Origin: an uncultured Collinsella sp. | GTDB taxonomy: Bacteria; Actinomycetota; Coriobacteriia; Coriobacteriales; Coriobacteriaceae | DNA: 64,000 nucleotides | Direction: 5' to 3' | NCBI GenBank assembly: GCA_900539735.1 | Contig: UQDE01000005.1 | Location: 1,452 to 65,451, forward strand | Shown: positions 1 to 10,000 of the stretch, in pieces | How positions within the stretch are numbered: the first letter of the stretch is position 1 | How the letters are laid out: each line of letters opens with the position of its first letter | The notes under the pieces: model-generated | The model's database searches: none | What the model was told of the DNA's origin: nothing | Seen by the model: the letters and a program-made list of their open reading frames with translations, nothing else | Translations under genes and position numbers: made by a program

Positions 1-2
1 GC

Positions 3-1481
3 CGCGCCGGCCGTTCGGGCTTCGATACCGAGGGCATGGTCATCGCCGAGGCCCCGGAGCACGAGATCGAGAACGCCAAGCTCATGGCCAAGGCGGGCGA
101 CGACCCCAAGAAGCTCCGCAAGATTAAAAAGAAGAAGGCCCCCGAGGGCTTTGTCACCTGGAACAAGCAGACCTTTGAGCGCCTGATCGAGACGCAGCCC
201 GAAACGCTCAAGCCGCGCCTGCGCATCACACACTCCATGGTGATTAGCGTGGTCGAGCAGGGCGGCGATGCCCGAGCCCGCGTACACGACCTCATCGAGA
301 CGAGCCTGCAGACTCCCGAGGAAAAGGCCAAGCTCGAGGTTCGCGCCGACGAAATCTTCGCCACACTCATCGATTCCGGCGTCGTCGTTCGCACCGAGGT
401 GCCGCCCGCGCCCGACGCTCCGGCTGACGCCGCGCCGGACATCGACTACGCGCTGACGGTCGATCTGCCCGAGGACTTCGCACTCGATCAGCCGCTCTCG
501 CCGTTCTTGCTTGCCGCGTTGGAGCTGCTCGACCCCGAGAGCGAGACCTATACCATGGATCTGATCTCGATGGTCGAGGCAACGCTCGAGGATCCCAAGC
601 AGGTGCTGCGCGCACAGGAGCGCGCCGCGCGCGACCGCGCGATGGCCGAAATGAAGGCTGACGGCGTCGAGTATGAGGAGCGCTTGGAGCGCATTCAGGA
701 CGTCACGTACGAAAAGCCGCTCGAGGATTTGCTCGACGCCGCCTTTGACAAGTACTGCCAGGAAGTGCCCTGGGCAAACGACTACCAGCTCTCGCCCAAG
801 AGCGTCCTGCGCGATATGCTGGAAAGCGCGAGCGATTTTAAGGGCTACATTCAAAAGCTCGGCATCGCCCGCTCCGAGGGCATTTTGCTGCGCTACCTAG
901 CAGAGGCCTATCGTTCGCTCGACCGCACCGTGCCCATCGAGAAGCGCGACGAGCGCCTGCGCGACATTATCTCGTGGCTGGGCTTTGTGGTGCGCTCGGT
1001 GGACTCGAGCCTGGTGGACGAGTGGGAGAACGCCGGCAACCCGGCAGCCCTCGATGCTGCGCCGCCGCAGGGCATCGACGAGGTCGTGGCGGACCGTCGC
1101 GGCTGCACGCTATTGGTGCGCAACGCGCTCTTCCGCCGCGTGACCCTTGCCGCCCGCGAGTACGTTCGCGACCTGGGCGAACTCGACGAGGACTGGGGCA
1201 TGAGCGAGATCCGCTGGCAAAAAACACTCGACGCTTACCACGAGCAGCACGAGGAAATCCTCACCGACGGAGATGCCCGCAGCGCCGCGATGTTTTCCAT
1301 TGACGAGTCCGACGAGAAGACCGCGCACGTATGGCACGTGCACCAGATCTTTGCCGACGAGGATGGCGACCACGATTTTGGCATCATGGGCGATGTCGAT
1401 CTGGACGCCACCCAAGACGGCGGCGAGGTCATCTTCAAAAACTACCGCGTCGGCTTTATCGAGGACCTGCTCGAGGACTAG
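3..1481 (+). CDS. SF2 (Ski2-like/DEAD-DEAH) helicase, C-terminal part with DUF3516-like domain; 5'-truncated by window edge
   Basis: Frame open from position 3 reads RAGRSGFDTEG (helicase motif VI), followed by a long helical C-terminal region typical of actinobacterial DUF3516 helicases. Confidence 0.8.
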   Translation, partial: RAGRSGFDTEGMVIAEAPEHEIENAKLMAKAGDDPKKLRKIKKKKAPEGFVTWNKQTFERLIETQPETLKPRLRITHSMVISVVEQGGDARARVHDLIETSLQTPEEKAKLEVRADEIFATLIDSGVVVRTEVPPAPDAPADAAPDIDYALTVDLPEDFALDQPLSPFLLAALELLDPESETYTMDLISMVEATLEDPKQVLRAQERAARDRAMAEMKADGVEYEERLERIQDVTYEKPLEDLLDAAFDKYCQEVPWANDYQLSPKSVLRDMLESASDFKGYIQKLGIARSEGILLRYLAEAYRSLDRTVPIEKRDERLRDIISWLGFVVRSVDSSLVDEWENAGNPAALDAAPPQGIDEVVADRRGCTLLVRNALFRRVTLAAREYVRDLGELDEDWGMSEIRWQKTLDAYHEQHEEILTDGDARSAAMFSIDESDEKTAHVWHVHQIFADEDGDHDFGIMGDVDLDATQDGGEVIFKNYRVGFIEDLLED

Positions 1482-1504
1482 CCGAACATGCTGGAACGAA
1501 ACAA

Positions 1505-1543
1505 GCGGGGCCGTTGGCAATATCGCCAGCGGCCCCGTTTTTT
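1505..1543. terminator. Intrinsic terminator between convergent genes
   Basis: GCGGGGCCGTTGGC/GCCAGCGGCCCCGT hairpin followed by TTTTT. Confidence 0.75.
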
Positions 1544-1560
1544 GCGCGATACGCTATCCC

Positions 1561-3318
1561 CTACTCGGTATCCTCGACCTCATACGAATCCGCCTCGGCT
1601 GGCTCATCGTTTGTCTCTGTCGCAGCCCCGCGCGCCTCGTCAAACGCGGCCTTCATGGTCTTGTTGCCCCACGTGAGCTTGCGAATGGTAAGATCGTCGG
1701 CCTTCTTGTTGGCTAGGCGCAGATTGTTCTCGGAGGACAGCAACGCCTCCTTGGTTTTCTGCAGATGGCTAATCGTCTTGTCGATCTCATCAATCGCCGT
1801 TTGGAACTTGCGGCTCGCGATCTCGTAGTTGCGACCGAAATCATTCTTGAACTTTTCCATCTTGGCTTCGAAGTTCGTGACGTCGATATTCTGCTGTTTG
1901 TACTCCGCCAGTTCCTGCTTATAGCGCAGCGAACCCATGGCGGCGTTGCGAAGAAGCGTGATCATGGGAATAAAGAACTGTGGGCGAATCACGTACATCT
2001 TCTCGTAGCGATAGCTCACGTCCACGATGCCGGCGTTGTAAAGCTCGCTCTCGGGTTCGAGCAACGTGCAGAGCACCGCGTACTCGCAGCCTTTTTGGCG
2101 GCGATCGTGATCGAGCTTCTTAAAGAAGTCCTCGTTTTTGTGCTTGGTCGCAGTCTCGTCGTTCTCGTTTTTCATCTCGAACATAATCGAAATGACCTCG
2201 TTGCCGCTCGCGTCGCACTCGCGGAAGATAAAGTCGCCCTTGCTACCCTCGGACGCATCGTTATCCTTCTCGAAGTACGCGTTAGGAAACGCCGTCATGC
2301 GCAGACGGTTAAACTCGGTCTCGCAGTGCTGCTCGAGCGACTCGCCCACCATCTTGGTGGACAGGCGGACCTTCATGTCCTTAAGGCGCTCGATCTCTTC
2401 ATCCTTGTAGCGAATCAGGTCATCGCTCGCACGCTTGGCCTGCGCAAGCTCGAGCTCGTGTGCCGCCTTGGCCTGCTCCTCGCGAGAATCGCGCACTGCC
2501 AGCTCGCTCGTCAGTTTGGCACGTGCCTCATCGCGCTCACGCTCCGCCGCGGCGACCGCCTCTGACAGGTTCATTTTTGCCATCAGTTCCTGCTCGCGCA
2601 GCTGGGCACGCAGGCCCTCGGCCTCTTGCTCGGACTGAGCCTTTGCGGCGGAGAACTTCTCTTGCACCTTCGCGCGATAGTCAGTAAGCGCGCGCTCGGC
2701 CTCGCTGCGAGCGGCATCGAGCTCACGCTGCGACTCTGCCGCGGCAGCGGCAAGCGCCATCTCCTGGGCTTTGTCCGCCGCGGCGAGCCTGGCCTGCAGC
2801 TCGGCAATCTGAGCGTCGCGCGCAGCTAAATCGTTTTGAGCAGCGTTGCGCGCCGCCGACTCGGCAAGCTTTGCTTCGTCATCTTTGCGCCCAAGCTGCG
2901 CACGCAGGCTATCAATCTCACGCTGGAGCTCGGCATTCTCCTTTTGAGCATCGGCGCGGGCCTCAACCGCCGCGCGCTGGCTTGCACTCTCGCGCTCTGC
3001 GGCAGCGCCCTCGAGCTTAGCGCGCAACTCGGCAAGCTCGGCATCGCGCTTGGCAACCTCTTGTGCCAGCTGCTGAGCTGCAGCATTCTTCTGCTCGACA
3101 AGCTGAGCGTTGCGCTGAGACTCTGCCTTTTGCAAGGCGGCCGTCGAACGCGAGCGTTCAAGCTCCAGCGCCTGCTCGCCCTCGCGCTGGACAGCCTTCA
3201 CACGCTCATCCAGGTCGCGCGAAAACTCGGCATCGCGCACTTGCTTGACGATATCCGCATAGCCGGACGCATCGACCTTAAAAACTTCGCCGCAATGCGG
3301 GCACTTGATCTCGTTCAT
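1561..3318 (-). CDS. DUF2130-family coiled-coil protein
   Basis: N-terminal IKCPHCG, long Ala/Glu coiled coil, C-terminal [14 protein letters not shown]...SIMFEMKNE conserved block. Confidence 0.85.
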   Translation of the reverse strand: MNEIKCPHCGEVFKVDASGYADIVKQVRDAEFSRDLDERVKAVQREGEQALELERSRSTAALQKAESQRNAQLVEQKNAAAQQLAQEVAKRDAELAELRAKLEGAAAERESASQRAAVEARADAQKENAELQREIDSLRAQLGRKDDEAKLAESAARNAAQNDLAARDAQIAELQARLAAADKAQEMALAAAAAESQRELDAARSEAERALTDYRAKVQEKFSAAKAQSEQEAEGLRAQLREQELMAKMNLSEAVAAAERERDEARAKLTSELAVRDSREEQAKAAHELELAQAKRASDDLIRYKDEEIERLKDMKVRLSTKMVGESLEQHCETEFNRLRMTAFPNAYFEKDNDASEGSKGDFIFRECDASGNEVISIMFEMKNENDETATKHKNEDFFKKLDHDRRQKGCEYAVLCTLLEPESELYNAGIVDVSYRYEKMYVIRPQFFIPMITLLRNAAMGSLRYKQELAEYKQQNIDVTNFEAKMEKFKNDFGRNYEIASRKFQTAIDEIDKTISHLQKTKEALLSSENNLRLANKKADDLTIRKLTWGNKTMKAAFDEARGAATETNDEPAEADSYEVEDTE

Positions 3319-3405
3319 AGCAGCTCCTCGATGGACGCAAATTTCAACCGCCTACACTCTACCGCGCCGCACGGACAAAAAAGGCGCCGCTGCCATAATG
3401 GCAAC

Positions 3406-3458
3406 GGCGCCAGAGCCACCACAAAGGCGCCTGTCCCCTTTGTGGTGGCTCTGGCGCC
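3406..3458. repeat. REP-like palindrome (22-bp arms, CGCCTGTCC loop)
   Basis: GGCGCCAGAGCCACCACAAAGG-CGCCTGTCC-CCTTTGTGGTGGCTCTGGCGCC, abutting the stop codon at 3459. Confidence 0.7.
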
Positions 3459-4004
3459 CTATAACCCAAAGAAGCTAAGAATCTGGTCTCGGTTTACGGG
3501 CCTATACTCGTTGGCATCAAGACCAACATCGTAGCGAAAGATAGGGCGCTCACGATCGCGGTTGCGCGCGTTGGTGCGGTCTCCCCTGCTGTGGATATGC
3601 CCGTGCAGCATGATGGCACCACGCGCCTTGCCATTCCAGCTGAGCATGGGGTAGTGGCTCATAACCAGACGATGACCCTTGGCATAGCCGGGGGCAATCT
3701 CCAGGTAATCGCGCACGTCATCCCAAATCTGCGGGACGTCGGGGTCTTCCCAATCACCGTCATGGTTGCCACGGATGAGCGTCACGTTCTGGCATTCAAT
3801 GCGCTCGCGCAGGCGCACCGCCTCCGCCAGGGGCAAACGATAGGTAAAGTCTCCCAGGATGTAGAGGCGGTCGTCCACATCCACGCACTCATTGATGGCA
3901 TCGATGACCTTGCGGTTCATCTCCTCGACCGAGCCAAATGGCCGGTCCATGTCGTGCAAGATATTCGTATCGCCCAGGTGCAGGTCGGCGGTAAACCACA
4001 TCAT
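3459..4004 (-). CDS. Calcineurin-like metallophosphoesterase
   Basis: DLHLG, ILGD, GNHD, SHYP and HGHIH motifs. Confidence 0.9.
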   Translation of the reverse strand: MMWFTADLHLGDTNILHDMDRPFGSVEEMNRKVIDAINECVDVDDRLYILGDFTYRLPLAEAVRLRERIECQNVTLIRGNHDGDWEDPDVPQIWDDVRDYLEIAPGYAKGHRLVMSHYPMLSWNGKARGAIMLHGHIHSRGDRTNARNRDRERPIFRYDVGLDANEYRPVNRDQILSFFGL

Positions 4005-4070
4005 CGTCTATGTCCTCATTTCGCAACGTGTTCAACTCGTGCTAAGTATACAGACGTAGCGATGCGGCGG

Positions 4071-4250
4071 TTATCCAAAGAGCCCACCGAACAGTCCGCG
4101 GCGGCGCTTGTCTTGCTTTTTCGAAGCGTCACTCTGAGTTTTCTTGTCCTGCCGTTTCCTACGGTCCTGCTCCAACTCATCGTCATCGAGTAGCATATCC
4201 CACTCAAACGGATCATCCGTCAGATCGAACAGGTCATCGTCATCAAACAT
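4071..4250 (-). CDS. 59-aa small protein, acidic N-half and basic C-half (absent from ORF track)
   Basis: GGAG RBS then MFDDDDLFDLTDDPFEWDMLLDDDELEQDRRKRQDKKTQSDASKKQDKRRRGLFGGLFG; fills the gap between two co-oriented genes. Confidence 0.65.
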   Translation of the reverse strand: MFDDDDLFDLTDDPFEWDMLLDDDELEQDRRKRQDKKTQSDASKKQDKRRRGLFGGLFG

Positions 4251-4268
4251 GGCAGTCTCCCATACCGA

Positions 4269-4595
4269 TTAGCGAGCATCCACCACATAGAGCCCAACGC
4301 GCACCTGGTGCCACGGGCTGCGTTCGGGGGCAACCTGTTGCACGCGGGCCTCAAACACGTCCTCGTGGCCGTAATACATCATCAAGGACAGCGGGCCGAC
4401 CTCGTTTCCCGGAACATAGCCAAGCTTAGTGTTGCCGAAGTAGATCGCAACCGCCTCGGGATCATGAGGGTTATCGCGCTCGGCACACAGTTTCAGCTTA
4501 TCGCCCGCTTTAAGATCGCCCAGGACCAAGGCACCGTCGGCATACTGAAATCCCGCGATGTGAAACGACAGAAGAACACGTGAAGGCTCGTACAT
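4269..4595 (-). CDS. Stand-alone HIRAN domain protein
   Basis: FHIAGFQY, ERDNPHDPEAVAI and KLGYVP HIRAN signatures; GGGGAG RBS. Confidence 0.88.
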   Translation of the reverse strand: MYEPSRVLLSFHIAGFQYADGALVLGDLKAGDKLKLCAERDNPHDPEAVAIYFGNTKLGYVPGNEVGPLSLMMYYGHEDVFEARVQQVAPERSPWHQVRVGLYVVDAR

Positions 4596-4708
4596 AGCAA
4601 CTCCCCTAACGGCCGGATAAACCGGTGTTTAACCTTATTGAGAAGTCTACGGGTCCGTGCGGACACAAATACATCCTGTCTGCGTCCTTCAATCGTTTGC
4701 CTCAACGC

Positions 4709-4737
4709 TTGCGCGACAGAACGCTTGCAGATAAGAT
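4709..4737 (+). promoter_or_regulatory. Sigma70-type promoter of putative antitoxin RNA
   Basis: TTGCGC-17 bp-TAAGAT, with no convincing + strand CDS downstream. Confidence 0.65.
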
Positions 4738-4742
4738 AGGAA

Positions 4743-4841
4743 CACGGATGGCACCCGTTGCCGCGGGTCTTGCCAACTCCGATACACGTTTTCATCGTGA
4801 GAAGTGGCCGTCTTCGCTTACGCGGGGGCGGCTATTTCATT
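4743..4841 (+). ncRNA. Putative type I antitoxin antisense RNA (~100 nt)
   Basis: Lies between the promoter at 4709-4737 and the terminator hairpin TGGCCGTCTTCGC-TTAC-GCGGGGGCGGCTA-TTTCATT; antisense to the 3' end and 3' UTR of the small peptide gene. Confidence 0.6.
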
Positions 4842-4915
4842 CGGCCGATAAACAGACCGAGTTCGATAGCCGCAATCAACAACGCCAATAACGAAATAAC
4901 ATCGCTTACGTTCAT
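4832..4915 (-). CDS. 27-aa hydrophobic peptide, putative type I (holin-like) toxin
   Basis: AAGGGA RBS, MNVSDVISLLALLIAAIELGLFIGRMK; single TM helix with basic C-terminus. Confidence 0.7.
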   Translation of the reverse strand: MNVSDVISLLALLIAAIELGLFIGRMK

Positions 4916-4988
4916 ACCAAATCCCTTCTAAAGGGAGTTGGCCCATCCGTGCTCCATAACAGTAGTCTAACGCAAAATGCAGGTAATA

Positions 4989-5002
4989 GGAACACTTGTT
5001 CG
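4989..5002 (-). promoter_or_regulatory. Gram-positive-type LexA (SOS) box overlapping the -35 region of the peptide promoter (-10 TAGACT at 4964-4969)
   Basis: CGAACAAGTGTTCC on the minus strand fits CGAACRNRYGTTYC; it is embedded in a larger hairpin (4979-5012) that may also terminate the ALDH transcript. Confidence 0.5.
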
Positions 5003-5020
5003 TATTACCTGCGCCCTTTT

Positions 5021-6400
5021 CTAATGCACAAACATGCGCACGAACTTGTGCTTCCAGCTTGCGTAGGGCGCATACCGAAACGGCACGTCCAGCCAAGTTG
5101 CCTTGTTCACGATACTCTTCTTGTGGCTAAACGTATCGAAGCTCTCGCGTCCATGGTACTGCCCCATACCGCTCGCGCCCATGCCGCCAAAGCCCATATG
5201 GCTCGTAGCCAAGTGCATGATCGTGTCGTTGACACAGCCACCGCCAAAGGGCACGTAACGCACGAAGCGCTGCTGAACTGCGCGATCCTGACTAAAGATA
5301 TACAGGGCCAGCGGCGTCGGACGATCCGTAATAAACGCTTCGGCCTCGTCTAGGCTCTCAAACGTCAGCACCGGCAAGATGGGACCGAAGATCTCCTCCT
5401 GCATCACGGCGTCATCGGGGGTCACGCCGTCTAGGATCGTCGGCTCAATCTTGAGCGACGACTCGCGCGCCGTGCCTCCCAGCACGACCTTATCGGGATC
5501 GATCAGCCCGCGCACGCGCGCAAAATGCTTAGCATTGACGATATGCCCGTAATCCTCGTTATCGAGCGGATGCTCGCCAAACATACGGCGGACCTCTTCC
5601 TTGATGAGGCCCAGCAGCTCGTCGTGCACGCGCGTATCGACCAGCAGGTAGTCGGGCGCCACGCAGGTCTGCCCCACGTTGAGCCATTTGCCAAAGGCGA
5701 TACGCCGTGCCGCGACCTTCAAGTTTGCCGTCGCATCCACGATGCAGGGGCTCTTGCCGCCCAGCTCAAGCGTCACGGGCGTGAGGTTTTTACTCGCGCG
5801 CTCCATGACGAGCTTGCCGACCGGAACGCTACCGGTAAAGAAGATCTTGTCCCAGCACTCATCGAGCAACGCTTCGTTCTCGGCGCGCCCGCCCTCGACA
5901 ACCGTCACCAGGCGCGGATCAAATGCCTCTTCACAGATTTGCTTGAGCACCGCGCTCGATGCCGGAGCATAGGCACTCGGCTTGATGACCACGGTATTGC
6001 CCACGGCAAGGGCGCCGGCGAGCGGCTCGAGTGTTAGCAAAAACGGGTAGTTCCACGGAGCCATGATGAGCGTGACGCCATAGGGCACGGCTTGCGTTTT
6101 GCACGCGCTCACGGCGTTGGCAAGGTCACACGGACGCAGGCGCGGACGACTCCATCGAGCCACGTGAGCGATCTGATGACGAATCTCGGAAAGCGACGTG
6201 CCGATCTCGCACATATATGCCTCGTCATGCGACTTTCCCAAATCGGTCTTGAGTGCATGGGCAATATCGGCCTCGTGCGCCCGTACCGCATCGCGTAAAC
6301 TCACGAGCGCGCGACGTCGGGCATCAACATCAAACGTAGCGTGCGTTTTAAAGTAAGTGCGCTGATCGCCGACGATGCGCGCAATTTCCTCGGTGTTCAT
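5021..6400 (-). CDS. Aldehyde dehydrogenase (ALDH3/YwdH-like)
   Basis: PWNYP, FTGS, LELGGKSP, GQTCVAPDY and EEIFGP motifs. Confidence 0.95.
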   Translation of the reverse strand: MNTEEIARIVGDQRTYFKTHATFDVDARRRALVSLRDAVRAHEADIAHALKTDLGKSHDEAYMCEIGTSLSEIRHQIAHVARWSRPRLRPCDLANAVSACKTQAVPYGVTLIMAPWNYPFLLTLEPLAGALAVGNTVVIKPSAYAPASSAVLKQICEEAFDPRLVTVVEGGRAENEALLDECWDKIFFTGSVPVGKLVMERASKNLTPVTLELGGKSPCIVDATANLKVAARRIAFGKWLNVGQTCVAPDYLLVDTRVHDELLGLIKEEVRRMFGEHPLDNEDYGHIVNAKHFARVRGLIDPDKVVLGGTARESSLKIEPTILDGVTPDDAVMQEEIFGPILPVLTFESLDEAEAFITDRPTPLALYIFSQDRAVQQRFVRYVPFGGGCVNDTIMHLATSHMGFGGMGASGMGQYHGRESFDTFSHKKSIVNKATWLDVPFRYAPYASWKHKFVRMFVH

Positions 6401-6409
6401 GGCACCCTC

Positions 6410-7630
6410 CTAGTTCTCGTCCTCAAACATACCACCCGCGACGACCTCGTACATACGCTCGAGCTCCAAGCGGTCCATCAAAAGCGGAACGGGGTACAGC
6501 GGATTGGCCTCGGCATCGGCATGCGCCGCCATCTCGGGAATGTCGGAGCGGCGAATGCCCAGGACATATTTGGGGATTCCCAGGGCCTCGTTCATGCGGT
6601 CGACCCAATCGATAAAGGCCTCGGCCGCAAGACTGTCCTGCGCGGTAGCCGGCGCAATGCCCGCCATGCGAGCAAGATCGGCAAGCTTGGGGGCGGCGGC
6701 GTCACCATAAGCGCGAAGTATGTGCGGCAGGATGATGGCGTTGGCCAAGCCGTGCGGAATCCCGTAACGCCCGCCCAGGCTGTGTGCGATGGCATGAACG
6801 TATCCAACATAGGAGCGCGTAAAGGCAACACCCGCCTTATACGCCGCCGAAAGCATATTGCGGCGCGCACGCATGTCGTCGCCATGCTCATAGGCCTCGA
6901 GTAAATTGTCGTGGATGAGCTGCACCGCCTGTCGCGCCATCTTGCGCGTATAGGGCGTAGTGCTTCGCCCGATAAAGGCCTCGACAGCATGCGTCAGGGC
7001 ATCCATACCCGTCTGCCCCGTAATGGAGGCGGGCAGACCGCGCGTAAACTCGGGGTCATGCACCGCAAAGCGCGGGATAAGCACAAAGTCGTTAATGGGG
7101 TACTTGTAGTGCGTCTCGCCATCGGTAATTACCGCCGCTAGTGTGACTTCGCTTCCCGTACCGGCGGTAGTGGGAACCGCAATAAGCAGCGGCAGACGAC
7201 GATGAATCCGCAGCAGCCCGCGCATCTTGTTGATGGGCTTGTTTGGCTGCGCGATGCGTGCTCCCACGCCCTTGGCACAGTCCATGGCCGAGCCACCGCC
7301 AAAGCCGATAATGGCCCGGCAGTCGTTCTCGCGATACAGCGCCGCCGCTTCCTCCACGTTTGAGACCGTGGGGTTCGCACGCGTTTCGGCATAGACCGTA
7401 ACGCCAATTCCCCCGGATGCGAGCGCCGTCTCGAGCGGCGCCGTGAGCCCCAGACGGGCAATGCCGGGATCCGTTACCATAAGAACCCGCTGTATCGAGC
7501 GCTTTTGAAGCACCGCGGGCATATCCTCGGCATGCTCCAAAATGCGTGGCTCGGTATAGGGCAGCACCGGCAATACGATGCGAAAAACCGTTTGATACGT
7601 TCGGCACCAGGCGCGGCGGGCTAGATGCAT
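6410..7630 (-). CDS. Iron-containing alcohol dehydrogenase
   Basis: GGGSAMD, PTTAGTGSE, DALTHAVE and HAIAH...HG motifs; operonic with ALDH. Confidence 0.95.
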   Translation of the reverse strand: MHLARRAWCRTYQTVFRIVLPVLPYTEPRILEHAEDMPAVLQKRSIQRVLMVTDPGIARLGLTAPLETALASGGIGVTVYAETRANPTVSNVEEAAALYRENDCRAIIGFGGGSAMDCAKGVGARIAQPNKPINKMRGLLRIHRRLPLLIAVPTTAGTGSEVTLAAVITDGETHYKYPINDFVLIPRFAVHDPEFTRGLPASITGQTGMDALTHAVEAFIGRSTTPYTRKMARQAVQLIHDNLLEAYEHGDDMRARRNMLSAAYKAGVAFTRSYVGYVHAIAHSLGGRYGIPHGLANAIILPHILRAYGDAAAPKLADLARMAGIAPATAQDSLAAEAFIDWVDRMNEALGIPKYVLGIRRSDIPEMAAHADAEANPLYPVPLLMDRLELERMYEVVAGGMFEDEN

Positions 7631-7744
7631 AAAGGAAACTCCTTCATTTGTTGATTCGTCAACATTTGCTCGACCGATTGTACTCAGCGGCGGTCAAAGA
7701 CGGCCTGCCAATCGTTAATCAATCAACATCTTCATATCTCGAAA

Positions 7745-7771
7745 TTGTTTTATTAAAAATCATTCCTAATA
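7745..7771. promoter_or_regulatory. Possible PerR/Fur-family operator upstream of rubrerythrin
   Basis: AT-rich imperfect palindrome TTATTAAAAATCATTCCTAATAG upstream of a peroxide-stress gene. Confidence 0.35.
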
Positions 7772-7886
7772 GGCTTCACATTTGGTTGCATTTATGGATA
7801 ATAGAACTCGTCAAGACGCACGTCCGGAGAGGGCCCTTACGGGACCGGACGAGCGCACAATCGCCATCGATCGAAAGGATCGAATC

Positions 7887-8447
7887 ATGAAGTTTGTTTG
7901 CCCCGTTTGCGGTTATGTGGAAGAGTTCGACGGCGACCAGCTGCCCGAGGACTTCAAGTGCCCCCAGTGCGGCGTTCCCGGTTCTCGTTTCCTGAAGCAG
8001 GAGGAGGGTCAGCTCGAGTGGGCTGCCGAGCACGTCGTGGGCGTCGCCAAGATGGAGGGCGTCTCAGAGGACATCGTTGCCGACCTGCGCGCCAACTTTG
8101 AGGGCGAGTGCTCCGAGGTCGGTATGTACCTGGCCATGGCTCGCGTCGCCCATCGCGAGGGTTATCCCGAGATCGGCCTGTACTGGGAGAAGGCTGCCCA
8201 CGAGGAGGCCGAGCACGCCGCCAAGTTCGCTGAGCTCCTGGGCGAGGTCGTGACCGACTCTACCAAGAAGAACCTCGAGATGCGCGTTGAGGCCGAGAAC
8301 GGCGCCACCGCCGGCAAGACCGATCTTGCCAAGCGTGCCAAGGCCGCCGGCCTCGATGCCATCCACGACACCGTGCACGAGATGGCTCGCGACGAGGCCC
8401 GCCACGGCAAGGCTTTCGCCGGCCTGCTCAAGCGCTACTTTGGCTAA
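7887..8447 (+). CDS. Reverse rubrerythrin / NADH peroxidase
   Basis: N-terminal rubredoxin CPVCGY...CPQCG, diiron EEAEHA and DEARHG motifs; GAAAGGA RBS before ATG 7887. Confidence 0.92.
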   Translation: MKFVCPVCGYVEEFDGDQLPEDFKCPQCGVPGSRFLKQEEGQLEWAAEHVVGVAKMEGVSEDIVADLRANFEGECSEVGMYLAMARVAHREGYPEIGLYWEKAAHEEAEHAAKFAELLGEVVTDSTKKNLEMRVEAENGATAGKTDLAKRAKAAGLDAIHDTVHEMARDEARHGKAFAGLLKRYFG

Positions 8448-8481
8448 GCCAACCGCCTGAGACATAACCTCAAGCTCGATG

Positions 8482-8512
8482 AGGCCCGGACCGTATTGGT
8501 TCGGGCCTTTTT
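8482..8512 (+). terminator. Intrinsic terminator
   Basis: AGGCCCGGACC/GGTTCGGGCCT followed by TTTT. Confidence 0.8.
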
Positions 8513-8578
8513 CGTGCCTCACGAACTTGTTAACTCCCTGAAATAGAACCGTCTTCGGCATTGGCTTCTCGTCAAAAA

Positions 8579-8701
8579 CTAAGTGAGTAGACTTTTTGGA
8601 ACTTGCCGAGCACACCATCCATATCACTTTATAAAGCCGCAGGTAAATGCCTTGTTGCAAAACGACCTAGTCGCCAAAGTGCCAAAAGTCTACTCACTTA
8701 G
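8579..8701. repeat. TIR-bounded 119-bp repeat, copy A
   Basis: 18-bp perfect inverted ends CTAAGTGAGTAGACTTTT/AAAAGTCTACTCACTTAG; directly repeated at 10001-10119. Confidence 0.9.
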
Positions 8702-9817
8702 AACCGCAGCCGTCCACGATCGAGCCATTTTGTGTCTAGCGGGCATCTTTCCGTCGATTACTCCCAATTTTGTCCAGTCAACGAATAGTTCAGACCGGAG
8801 TAATGCCTCAGCCCTTTGCTCATCTGAGCTTTTATCACGATATTCAGCATCGAGCATCCTGCATACGGTCTTAACGATCGCGCGGAATCTACCCTCATCG
8901 GATATCTGTCTGTGTGTCAGGAGAAGTACATCGTAGCCCATGGCCTGAAGGGCCGTCATGCGGTCAGCGTCACGCAAGCCATCCCCCGCGCGTCCGTGCG
9001 AGGCCTTTCCCTGACATTCAATGGCCACCTGTCGCCTACCGTCCGGCGAAGAAAGAAGTAGGTCGATATATACACGGGACTTTCCCACAATCGCTCGAGC
9101 ACTTGTGTTTAGCATCACTTCAACATTAAGCTCTATGCCGCAAAAACCTTCGCCTCCCAGGGATCGCGGCAGTGCAAGTAGCAAATACGCCTCGACCTCA
9201 AAAGGCGACGCGGCACCCAATGGAACGAGTTGCGATACCGCCATAAATCTATTGCCGTAACGCATCCCACAAACATCTGAACAAAAACGGTCAAGGTCTC
9301 CGCCCAAAACCAAAGCGTCTCGACGCCATAAATTTGAGGCGGTGCCGTCCTCGGACGGGCAGCGCGCCCAACCGAACGTTGTCGAAATCGCACCCGAATC
9401 AATTGCACGCGAAAGCTCCGTCTCAAGTAACGCCGGCAGGGCACACACCGCAAACAAGCCACACATCTCCGCCAATACCAAAAGAAGCTGAAGATCCGTC
9501 AGATGCCGTGACATGATGAATGCCGTCAGTAGAGGAGACGTAATCAAAAATCCATGCTCCGTTTCCAGCACGGATTCCCTGGGGAGCTCACCAAGAAACA
9601 GTCGCTGCCTAATGCTGGCAGGACAAGTCCGTTTGTTTCTCGTCCGAACCAATGTATGCAACGGAAAACCGAGCGCGACCGCAGCCGTCGGGTTGCGGGC
9701 GAGATCATATCGCTGCCGGTCTTCTTCCGGTCGTGGAAGCGGCGGACACAAAGCGCGGACTTGAGGAGGCAAACGCCAGTACCTAAAAGCCGATATGTCA
9801 CAAAGTAGATCCTTCAT
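8690..9817 (-). CDS. Hypothetical protein with C-terminal Vsr/DUF559-like (restriction endonuclease-like) domain
   Basis: ASPFE, YIDLL...VAIECQGKASH, DADRMTALQAMGYDVLLLT pattern; visibly lower GC than neighbours. Confidence 0.7.
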   Translation of the reverse strand: MKDLLCDISAFRYWRLPPQVRALCPPLPRPEEDRQRYDLARNPTAAVALGFPLHTLVRTRNKRTCPASIRQRLFLGELPRESVLETEHGFLITSPLLTAFIMSRHLTDLQLLLVLAEMCGLFAVCALPALLETELSRAIDSGAISTTFGWARCPSEDGTASNLWRRDALVLGGDLDRFCSDVCGMRYGNRFMAVSQLVPLGAASPFEVEAYLLLALPRSLGGEGFCGIELNVEVMLNTSARAIVGKSRVYIDLLLSSPDGRRQVAIECQGKASHGRAGDGLRDADRMTALQAMGYDVLLLTHRQISDEGRFRAIVKTVCRMLDAEYRDKSSDEQRAEALLRSELFVDWTKLGVIDGKMPARHKMARSWTAAVLSE

Positions 9818-10000
9818 AGGCACAGGAGAACACGAATTTCAACCCAGTCAGTCACGCATTGGCGCGAACGCACCAAAAATGGCGCCGAACGGACTGCCAA
9901 GTTTTCAACAGCCCTCCCCAACTGGCCAAAAGCTTGTCGAGAGCTGGACGAAGCCCTGTTGAAAACCCCATTTTTTTCTCATGCAGAAGCTTTACGCGGC

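Noticed and set aside
4818..5096. 92-aa minus-strand ORF from the track
   Set aside because: Overlaps the ALDH end and a hairpin with no RBS; the 27-aa ORF in another frame has the RBS and TA-like architecture
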